Assembly: GCA_963667035.1 (NCBI GenBank)
Contig: OY762964.1
Location: 64,001 to 128,000, forward strand
DNA: 64,000 nt
Source: Candidatus Cloacimonadales bacterium
GTDB lineage: Bacteria; Cloacimonadota; Cloacimonadia; Cloacimonadales; JAFGVF01
Direction: 5' to 3'
The first letter of the stretch is position 1; each line of letters begins with the position of its first letter. Shown here piece after piece: positions 49,901 to 57,692 of this stretch. The translations under genes were made by a program, and so were the position numbers. Under the pieces are notes generated by a model, which did not search any database, had not been told where the DNA came from, and saw only the letters and a list, made by a program, of their open reading frames with translations.

Positions 49901-49943
49901 ACAAAACTAACAGCAAAGAAAAACTCATTACTCTACGAATCAT
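46923..49943 (-). CDS. GH16 laminarinase-type lipoprotein with C-terminal binding modules
   Basis: Lipobox VMGC; WSDDFD, GWGNDEWQSY, WPAFWMLG, WPYCGEIDIME; duplicated FGxFTD..EIxVWENTL..WFGAG modules. Confidence 0.92.
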   Translation of the reverse strand: MIRRVMSFSLLLVLLSILFVMGCDTVTEPESVPDSTPSVDYKLIWSDDFDQTNEIPDPAKWNYDLGYGYGNQNDGWGNDEWQSYTDSSDNVKVENGNLVITARYESDNYIAPGKRDGSITSGRLNTKNKFSMKYGKLQARIKPPQGDGIWPAFWMLGSNFDEISWPYCGEIDIMEMSPLYHDEKTSICTIHWWDEEDGSHQSAQGLRVYNEALANEYHIFEIEWDTQRIIGRIDNMTYFTKVIDSDTMDEFLNDFYVLINIAVGGGYGGAPTDNTSWPQSMYVDWIRAYQGEVNEEPVETFGIFTDTTPVDDGILVGADSEIYVWENTLTQGTILPYEGSNVISFVTAGMNWFGAGIQSNQPIDLSNFSGGNLNFAIKIPSDVTFHIGMNDSGNIEHFVEFPAGETKYGLNRDGDWGMVSIPMSDLAGSVNLELVSYVFMIKEENGTQCQFAIDDIYLNGGGQTQSSITFDKNSYNENENGAALTVTDTGLLSSSVDVSVNCGNESITVAVNFDSNGTGTSAIYFGATDDGSDTIAIQAGNTLTASFTDSSGNSKTTNASITSGGPALGTFGVFTDETPITDGFTIGEDAEIFVWENTLSEGSIDPYEGQNVMAWQTTGVGWFGAGVMANNPIDFSNFTGGNIKFRIKIPASVTFKIGIQDNSSHESYVQFPANQKTYGLVRDGEWGQAVIPVDDITGSVSLRNISYAFTILEESGAQCEMGIDDIYWEESSGYSNVSFDSDTYLENATNATVSVTDENLGNSTVSASVSNGSETISIDVQLNSEGAGSTVINFGLTDDANDTIAISAGDILTVTYSDYNGTIKEDTANIQSSGASDSTLGIYSETHTNPVLNYQSIINSADWSGNSGEPDTESTAVTSVEGTYVLSVNFTDLGHDWGGIAFDFGSAGQDISEYETLVFYLNKTSMPDVVRLGIKFEDTTGGETEVNISSYTPEEVGDWLKYEIPMNAFSSVNLNNMKYLGLWNPSNSSNAMLFGNLYFDNIYLTK

Positions 49944-49994
49944 AACAAAACCTCTTTATATCTTGATTCATTAAAATCTAAAAAAATTTCAATG

Positions 49995-50006
49995 TGCTAT
50001 ATAGCA
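49995..50006. promoter_or_regulatory. Candidate operator palindrome TGCTATATAGCA
   Basis: Perfect 12-bp palindrome just downstream of a minus-strand TTGACA (50030-50035); TGCTATA half-sites also near 50094 and 50399. Confidence 0.5.
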
Positions 50007-50462
50007 AATAGCGGTTTGCTTTTACTCTATGTCAAGAATTATTTTCATTTTAACTTCCCTTGGAACACTATTTATTCGGTTAAACAATGCTATTGCTATA
50101 ACTGTTTCCTTTATAATTCTTAACTTATTCTTCTTTTTATTCCGGATCCTTAGTGCTAATCAGACTCCTACCGAACTGCATCATTATAATAAAATAAATT
50201 AATATTCATATTTCGCTATATAAAACTGCTAACATAAACCTAATCAGCACGTTAAGCATATAGTGCTTATGATTGTATGCAAGCGTAACAAGCATGTTTA
50301 TCAGAATATTATTACTTTGACGGTGTCTCAATCATTTTGCAATTGAGTAATTTTCACGAGAAACAACTCTTTATAACTTTTATGATTTTTTGATTGACTG
50401 CTATAGGTATTGCTATTATTTTCCCTTGAGTATTACGGAAATGAAACGAACAGAGGAATCAA

Positions 50463-51521
50463 ATGAGCAATAAGAAGCCTAAATATCTACATGTAAAAGA
50501 GATTATCAAAGAGAGGATTAAAAGCGGTGAACTTAACGGCAAACTTCCGGGAGAAAGAGTCATGGCTAAAATGTATGATGTCTCCTATATGACTGTCAGA
50601 AGAGCTATTACCGAATTAGTAGAAGAAGGCATTCTGCATAAATTTACAACAAAGGGAACGTTCGTTAGTCACAGTAAAATGACTCCCAAAGTAACACATA
50701 ACATTGGCTTTTTTCTTGATTCCCAGATTAGAGAAGGTATTTCCAGCCCGTATTACTCCCTCGTTTTCAGTGCTTTGGAGAAAGAAGTAAAGAAGAAAGG
50801 CTATAATCTCATACTGTTCTCAGAACTTGACGATCTGAACCCGCTTAACAATCAAAAGAAAATTGATGGAGTAATTATCTGTAGTTTTCCCAGAATCGAG
50901 GATAAGATCCAGGAACTGAAAAAGGTTCTTCCCATTGTCTTACTGGATAATCTTTCTTCTGACAAATCAATTCCATCCGTAACTCTTGATAACTTCAATA
51001 GCAGTAGTGAAGCAGCTCAATACCTTTATTCCCTAGGACACAGAGTAATAGGCTTCATTTCGGGTTTATTAGATTCTGATATCTGTCATGAAAGACTGAA
51101 AGGCTACACTTCAGCTTTGATTAGTAATGGCATTAAGGTTAATGAAGAATTGATATGCAATGGTGACTACTCTTACGAATCAGGTGAGAAAGGTGCCGAC
51201 TATCTTCTTTCTCTCAAAAATCCTCCAACAGCTATTATGTGTGCAAATGATTCAATGGCAATCGGAGCAATGAAAGTGATCAGAGAAAGAGGATATCAGA
51301 TTCCTTCGGATATCAGTGTCGTTGGATTTGACGATATTAAAGTCGCTTCAATGGTTTTTCCTTCTCTCACTACCATTACCGCTCCCGTTGATAGAATTGC
51401 TGAACGATCAATTGGGATGCTATTGGCAATGATTGACGGTCTGGATCTAGACTATCAGCACGTTATTCTTCCTCCAAAACTGATAATAAGGAACTCCTGT
51501 ACCAAAGTTAATTCCAATTAA
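50463..51521 (+). CDS. GntR-HTH/LacI sugar-binding transcriptional regulator (AraR-like architecture)
   Basis: KLPGER..VSYMTVRRAITELVEEG..GTFV; PTAIMCANDSMAIG, IPSDISVVGFDD. Confidence 0.92.
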   Translation: MSNKKPKYLHVKEIIKERIKSGELNGKLPGERVMAKMYDVSYMTVRRAITELVEEGILHKFTTKGTFVSHSKMTPKVTHNIGFFLDSQIREGISSPYYSLVFSALEKEVKKKGYNLILFSELDDLNPLNNQKKIDGVIICSFPRIEDKIQELKKVLPIVLLDNLSSDKSIPSVTLDNFNSSSEAAQYLYSLGHRVIGFISGLLDSDICHERLKGYTSALISNGIKVNEELICNGDYSYESGEKGADYLLSLKNPPTAIMCANDSMAIGAMKVIRERGYQIPSDISVVGFDDIKVASMVFPSLTTITAPVDRIAERSIGMLLAMIDGLDLDYQHVILPPKLIIRNSCTKVNSN

Positions 51522-51634
51522 TTATTCAGTTTCTGCTTTACCACATATAATACTGAAAGATACTAACAATATTTACTTTTATCATGCATTTCAAACTGCT
51601 CAATCTCTCCCATTTGATTGGAAATATGTTTTTT

Positions 51635-52295
51635 CTAAATCTCTAAAAATATGACTCCAAGGATTTGCACTTTCAACTTCATGTACCCATAATCCAAGAG
51701 ATTCTTTCTTGCCTTTCATTGTTAGACCTATAATTGAGTATAAGGCTTTATTTACTATATTACCATTACTGCCTTTAGGTGCATCAGGATAAGCCTTCTT
51801 AACCTTAACAAATATGGCATCTATAAAAATGATTGGGTAAACTTTTTCTAGCTCTCTATGTTTCCAAACTGTGATATCACCATCTATTTCACTAATGATA
51901 TTACTAACTCGCCTTTAGCACTTAGGGACTATGATTGGATTAAAGCTTCCATTACAATCACGAGGTCTTCTTATCTCTAGTTCACCAAGCTCAGTCTGTA
52001 AAGTTTTTAGTGTTGAGCCATTCCGTCTATTCTCTGTCTCTTTAGGCTCAAAGCTATTATGTGAGTAGCCTAGATGCTCATCCATCTCATTTTCTAAACA
52101 AATCCGATATACTCGACCGGCAAACTTTCTAATCATTTCTATAGGGTCTGTTATACTATCTTGTAAAAGTTCCTTTACAACTCTATCCATTTCTTTCATA
52201 TTGGACTTAATCTTCATGTGTGTGAACCTCCTTTTATTGTTGTTATAATATGCTTAATCGCATATTGAAGTTTACACACTTTTCTTTTTACTCCC
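51635..52295 (-). mobile_element. IS256-family remnant (left end plus broken transposase)
   Basis: EMDEHLGY..NRRNG..LGELEIRRPRD..GSFNP; after a break WKHRELEKVYPIIFIDAI..GKKESLGLW..ESA; end gggagtaaaaagaaaagtgtgtaa. Confidence 0.85.
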
Positions 52296-52876
52296 CTTTT
52301 GATACTCTGATTATATCTAATACTTCATAACCGTTACACCACTCGCCTGTACTGCCGTCTCTAACTCTGGTTAATCCTTCCATCTTCTTTGAATGGCTTT
52401 TCATTATGTCGCTGGGATCAATGACTATCAGGTCATAAGATGCTATCTTCTTGCTTTCACAAATCAGATGAATATTTGATAGATTTTTGTACAACTCAGG
52501 TTTTGATAAATGACGACGATATCGTTCGCAGAGCTTTTCTAATGAGATATTCACTTCATGGCTCATTGCAATCCTTCTGATTATACAACTACCGGATTTC
52601 AAAATGCCACTGACAAGCTCTTTTACAAATTTCTTCTCTTTGATAGTACAGCTATGTGTGACTTTGTTGATGAATTTTGAAAATTTAGCTTGCAGATTAT
52701 GCTTTTTTATTATTGATAGTTCCATATAGTGAGTTCCTTTTGTTTTATTTTAAGCGTAACAACAATAAATAGGGACTCACTCTTTTCAAGCTTTTTCTTG
52801 ACTATTTTTATACTTAAATTACCACTTTTTCAGTCACTTATTATGACCATTATTCTAAATTTCGGGGGGATGCTTG
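52296..52876 (-). mobile_element. Truncated copy of the IS4-like element (left end plus 5' transposase)
   Basis: Appears identical to 62322-62902 and stops where the IS256 end begins. Confidence 0.92.
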
Positions 52877-52918
52877 TAACAGGAAATTTCAATAATTGTT
52901 CAACAAACAGTAGTCATA

Positions 52919-53710
52919 TTACATTGTAATCATAATTCCGATATGATCAGAGGGATACACTCCTGTATTCTTATAATTAGTAAGAGAGTACACAATCTTT
53001 GATTCTCTTGATAGATTGAAACCAAAGATATAATCAATTTCAACTATAGAATCAGGAATTGGATGAGTTAGTCTAGAAGGAGTTAGTTTCTGTAGACCCC
53101 TACTTTTAATATATTCAACAACTTCAGAAGTAGGAGTTGAGTTAAAATCACCACACAATAAATACGTCTTCAGATTTCTTTCATCAATGTATCTGAACAT
53201 CTCTCTTGTATTTTGCAAAGCTTCTTTGGGATTAAAACTTAGATGAGTATTAAGAAGATGTAAACTCCCTGTTTTAATCATCTGTAAGTTTCTTATATTT
53301 GTATCCTCAGCAGGAGGATTAGGATTAAGGATTAGATTTACATGCTCAAGAATAGGTTCTTTACTTATAATGGCTAAACCTTCCCAAATTACTCTATGCT
53401 CTTTATTCATGGATGCTTTACAAGGATATTTTCTTATAATATCAGCTTCATGATGGTTATAATACATCGCCGGGGCAATTGCTATATCATAACCTAAAGC
53501 AAATCCTTTCTCATTTAAAGCGTATAGAATTTGTTCAGCAGTATTCATTCCTGTTTCAATCGAACTGGAAGTATCTGCACAATATCTTACTTCCTGCAAA
53601 GCAACTACATCCGGATTGAGTCTGATTATCTCTTCAACTATAAGACTAATCCGCTCTTCCCAGAAGGGATGGTCATTATAGTTGGCTATATTCCATGTTA
53701 GAATTTTCAT
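52919..53710 (-). CDS. Endonuclease/exonuclease/phosphatase family protein
   Basis: ILTWNI, PDVVALQEV, NTHL, CGDFNS, IDYIF, PSDH. Confidence 0.9.
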   Translation of the reverse strand: MKILTWNIANYNDHPFWEERISLIVEEIIRLNPDVVALQEVRYCADTSSSIETGMNTAEQILYALNEKGFALGYDIAIAPAMYYNHHEADIIRKYPCKASMNKEHRVIWEGLAIISKEPILEHVNLILNPNPPAEDTNIRNLQMIKTGSLHLLNTHLSFNPKEALQNTREMFRYIDERNLKTYLLCGDFNSTPTSEVVEYIKSRGLQKLTPSRLTHPIPDSIVEIDYIFGFNLSRESKIVYSLTNYKNTGVYPSDHIGIMITM

Positions 53711-56580
53711 TATTGGACTATTAGATACGGACGCTTTACACCCGCTCTGATTTGTGTCGCAGGAGATATGTAACCGGTTTTGCCGACCGAATTCCTGAAT
53801 AAGTCTGTAAGGTTTGCTCGCATTTTGAAATCACCAAAGCCTTCAGTTATTATAAATCCGAATCCAATTTTCTCATTACCTGTTAGTGCTACTCCAATCT
53901 CATATCCAGAGAATTTAACCCATTCTCTGTTCTCGATTGATGGTGCAATTAATCCTAATATTCCTAAATTTTTACATTTTGAAAGATGCTTACTACTAAC
54001 CATTTCCGAGCAAACTACAATCTTATTTCTATGCTCTACCTTAAGGATATCCGAATTACTCTCTACAAAAACAATATCACCCGATTTTTCTTCTCCGAAT
54101 CCTATTACTCCGTCAGCTTCCAGTCCTACACATTTAATCTCTGCCACTCTTACTTCATCAGAGTAAATTACTTCACCATTTACATGTGACATTAATTCGA
54201 AAGGCTTCTTATTATAATGAACCGTTACAGTACCTTCAGTAGTATCTATTTCCGTAATAAAACCTGTAGCTTTAGCTCTGACAAAGACGTTTACTTGCTT
54301 CGAAACTCTCTTGGCAATAACTTCATGTTCATACACAATGTCACCAATTCTATTTGACATATATCCTTTGATTTGACTGGGTTTTATCTTAAGTTTTGAA
54401 GCGATGTCTATTACAATCGGTTTGTGAGCATGCTTTAGTTTTTCTCTAATCAATATTATTCCTGACTTGCAGTTAATCTGTTCTATATAACCTGAAGTTG
54501 GAGAATTATAGTAATAAAGTGATTTGGATATCCCCATAAGAGCGGGTTCTAAATGTTCAAAGATTCTTTGGTTGAAATCTACTTCTTCACCTCTTCTACA
54601 CAGTAAACCATTTTCCATCTTTTCCGGAGTAAACTCACTTCCGAGAACCTTTATTATTGGAGCCATCATTAGTTTCGGAGGTTCCTTACGATTAATTCCA
54701 ACAAGTGTTTCAGGCTTAACTTTTTCGCCTACTTTCACTTCTATTGTTCCATCATAAGGAAGTTCTTTCTTCACAATAATCTCGGAAGGAACAATCTTAC
54801 TATCTGCATGATTAACGTATAGTGTATTCAACTCTTTAACTTCAATATTCTGAGAATAGAGCTTCATTGTATCATTCAATTTCCTGTAATCAACATAATC
54901 GTTATCAAGAGTATTAATAATTATTGGTAAGTCTGTTGTAACACTAATCTCTCTTTTATCTCCATCAACAAAGACATTCTTTTCTAAATTCATTCTCAGT
55001 GTTGTTTCACCTTTCTTATCAAATATATAATATTCATTGCTCATTATATAGTGATTCTCATTTCCTAATTGCACAGTCATTACTATAAATGGTTTTCGCT
55101 TTCTTTTGAATTTAGGTCTGATATAAAGTCCAAGTTTCTCTATACCTTCAGTGTTTAACAATTCATCAGCCTCTTTAGGCATGATTTCACTCAGTTTACC
55201 AAGATGAGGTGAGATAAAGTGTTTATCTCTCCATATTTCTGTTATTCCAATGGGTCTGAATCCATGAATAATCATATGTAAAGCTTGAAGCTTATCCGGT
55301 GCATGTGAAATGACTCCCCCGGCTCCTATCACTACATCAAGTTCGGCAAGACTAAACCTCATTCCATCAACAACTCTTTCCACATAAACATGATCAATAA
55401 AAGGATCTCTGGCAACAGATTTGATATTGGCAAAAAGGTTTCTTTGAGCTTCATCAAAATGCATCTCCATGTGTTGTTTAAAAGCAATATTAATAGCTTC
55501 AATAGCACATGCTTGTTCTATTATTAGGGATGTCTGATCTTTAGGAACAAACTGTGGATATAGCATTTTATTGCTGATGTAGTTACATAAATATTCTTCC
55601 GATATTGCATCAGGAAGCCAACGTTTTATCTTTTCAACTCCTGCATCAGCTAACACGTTTGAGATGCTGTAACTCATGCCTGAGTTGGCTCTGACAGTTC
55701 TATGATTCTTACCATTCAAATTAGAAAAGATATCTGTTGTAGCACCACCAATATCAACTGTCATGAGATTGAGTTTTCTTTCTCCACTCAATATTTCCAT
55801 TGAATTTAAAACAGCCTTTGGGGTTGGAATAATATCATCTTTAACAATACTCTTTATATTTGAATATCCGGGAGCCTGCTCCATTACATTCTCCATGAAA
55901 AGCTCATGTACTTTTTCTTGGGCAGGACCAAAATTTTCTATCTGTGGGGTAGGACTAATATTGGGGACAATATGAAGGTCAAATTTGTCTTTAAAAATTC
56001 CGGATACTGATTCGGTAATACTCTTATTACCGGCATAGACCAAAGGTATTTTCTCTTTACCGAATTTTGGTTCTGGATGAGCAATACTCAAGATCTCTGA
56101 AAGTCTTATTATACTTGTAAATGCTCCACCGTCATATCCTCCCGAGAAGAGTATTATGTCAGGATGTGTAGCTTGGATTATCTCCATTTGCTCAAGCACT
56201 GAACGTTTATCATCTATTGCTATTGTTTCCAGAACGACTCCACCTGCTCCAAGAGCAGTTTTCTGAGCCCTTGCGGCCGATTCAACTCTTGTTAATCCAA
56301 CGACCAGTATTTGTAAGCCACCACCGGCACTACTTGTCGTAAGATATTCTATATCATCATTGAATCTTAAGGGATTCTCTTCAGAAATCAATTCTATGTT
56401 TAACTCTTTTTCTAAACCTCGTACAGAATTGATAATACCATATTTAACATCTTCAAAAGGTTTCTCAACTGTCGTGGGAGAATTGTAAAGACCTGCTAAT
56501 GTGGCAGTTTTATCTGTAATTTCCACTAGTATTGCTTTGGTCGTAGTACTGCCGATATCAGTAATCAGTATTCTTTTCAT
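53710..56580 (-). CDS. Glutamate mutase L (GlmL/MutL)-like ASKHA protein fused to an uncharacterised C-terminal domain
   Basis: DIGSTTTK, TSSAGGGL, ALGAG, SGGYDGG, IPTP, VDIGGATTDIFS, RTVRANSGMSYS; C-terminal KELPYDGTIEVKVGE...TEGFG...TQIRAGVKRP. Confidence 0.8.
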   Translation of the reverse strand: MKRILITDIGSTTTKAILVEITDKTATLAGLYNSPTTVEKPFEDVKYGIINSVRGLEKELNIELISEENPLRFNDDIEYLTTSSAGGGLQILVVGLTRVESAARAQKTALGAGGVVLETIAIDDKRSVLEQMEIIQATHPDIILFSGGYDGGAFTSIIRLSEILSIAHPEPKFGKEKIPLVYAGNKSITESVSGIFKDKFDLHIVPNISPTPQIENFGPAQEKVHELFMENVMEQAPGYSNIKSIVKDDIIPTPKAVLNSMEILSGERKLNLMTVDIGGATTDIFSNLNGKNHRTVRANSGMSYSISNVLADAGVEKIKRWLPDAISEEYLCNYISNKMLYPQFVPKDQTSLIIEQACAIEAINIAFKQHMEMHFDEAQRNLFANIKSVARDPFIDHVYVERVVDGMRFSLAELDVVIGAGGVISHAPDKLQALHMIIHGFRPIGITEIWRDKHFISPHLGKLSEIMPKEADELLNTEGIEKLGLYIRPKFKRKRKPFIVMTVQLGNENHYIMSNEYYIFDKKGETTLRMNLEKNVFVDGDKREISVTTDLPIIINTLDNDYVDYRKLNDTMKLYSQNIEVKELNTLYVNHADSKIVPSEIIVKKELPYDGTIEVKVGEKVKPETLVGINRKEPPKLMMAPIIKVLGSEFTPEKMENGLLCRRGEEVDFNQRIFEHLEPALMGISKSLYYYNSPTSGYIEQINCKSGIILIREKLKHAHKPIVIDIASKLKIKPSQIKGYMSNRIGDIVYEHEVIAKRVSKQVNVFVRAKATGFITEIDTTEGTVTVHYNKKPFELMSHVNGEVIYSDEVRVAEIKCVGLEADGVIGFGEEKSGDIVFVESNSDILKVEHRNKIVVCSEMVSSKHLSKCKNLGILGLIAPSIENREWVKFSGYEIGVALTGNEKIGFGFIITEGFGDFKMRANLTDLFRNSVGKTGYISPATQIRAGVKRPYLIVQ

Positions 56581-56649
56581 TCTGCCTCCTAACTCGTCCC
56601 TAATCTCTTTTTATTAACAAAACAGTGCAATGTTGGGAAGTCAAGTAAA

Positions 56650-56675
56650 AAGGCTGTTGAACTAACAACAGCCTT
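56650..56675 (-). terminator. Probable terminator
   Basis: aaggctgttg-aactaa-caacagcctt. Confidence 0.7.
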
Positions 56676-56701
56676 AACAAAAAGAGTAGATTCGAGTAAG
56701 T

Positions 56702-56985
56702 TTATTTTGTTATAGTGATTGTTTGACTTTGAACAGTTACTATTGATGTGAAATAACCGATAAGCATATCAACAAATGTCATCTGAGTTTTATTTTATAA
56801 TCGGCTGCATTATAAGCCATTGTTTGTGATCAACCACATTACCTATGGGTACTAATCTCCATATTGCATACCATTGGATTGCAGCTTTAACTTCGTTAGT
56901 TTGTGCTCCGTTTCCATGTTGTAAAACATCCTGCGAGCATACTCATGATAATTATGAGTACGAGAATAAAGGCTGTTTTTTTCAT
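56702..56985 (-). pseudogene. Bor/Iss-like lipoprotein, two frameshifts
   Basis: MKKTAF..MLAGC lipobox; shifted GNGAQTNEV..QWYAIWRLVPI; shifted MAYNAADYKIKTQMTFVD..TITITK*. Confidence 0.65.
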
Positions 56986-57548
56986 AAATTATATTTTTTT
57001 ATAGACCCTATAACACTTTCAACCGTACGAACCTGCTCGTTATAATAATCCTTATCTATAAATATATCGAACATTGCTGTTTGCATCTCTGCTAATGGTA
57101 TTAAAAGCTTTATATTAACAAAATTATTCTCATTAGTAAACATATACTGATAGAAGTAAAGTTTACCGGAAGTATATTCTCCAAATTGCATTTGAGGATA
57201 CTTATCCTCTAGACTTGTTATAAATCTACTGTTTGCCTGCAAAGCATCATCCAGAATTACTGAACCGGCTAAGAACCCTTTTTGCTCGGGAGCTATAAAT
57301 ACATGTAAATTTCTTAGTAAATCCGAGTCTTTTTTATTCAGTTGAAAGGAAATTGCTTCCATGATAACATCATTTGCCGATTCCCAACCCTTCGGCGGTT
57401 GGTAACTGTAATTGAATATACTGTCAATAACAGCCTCCGATAAGAGTTCTTCGTTAACTGTAAATGATAGTTCCGGAACACTTGATGTCTTACTGCATGC
57501 AACCAAGAATAGCAAAGCTAATAGTATTATACCCCAAAAAATTTTCAT
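56982..57548 (-). CDS. Hypothetical lipoprotein
   Basis: Start at MKIFWG after a GGAG RBS; lipobox LVAC. Confidence 0.7.
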   Translation of the reverse strand: MKIFWGIILLALLFLVACSKTSSVPELSFTVNEELLSEAVIDSIFNYSYQPPKGWESANDVIMEAISFQLNKKDSDLLRNLHVFIAPEQKGFLAGSVILDDALQANSRFITSLEDKYPQMQFGEYTSGKLYFYQYMFTNENNFVNIKLLIPLAEMQTAMFDIFIDKDYYNEQVRTVESVIGSIKKYNL

Positions 57549-57645
57549 AAATACTCCATCCATTTTCTTAAAAAACATGTTAGTTTGAGCTTGTTGTCAA
57601 GTAAATTGTTATACCACGAGATATTCTTCTACTTCTATTTAAACA

Positions 57646-57676
57646 ACACGAGCCTGTTATAAAAACAGGCTCGTGT
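57646..57676 (-). terminator. Terminator
   Basis: acacgagcctgtt-ataaa-aacaggctcgtgt. Confidence 0.8.
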
Positions 57677-57692
57677 AAATAACTGATAGATT

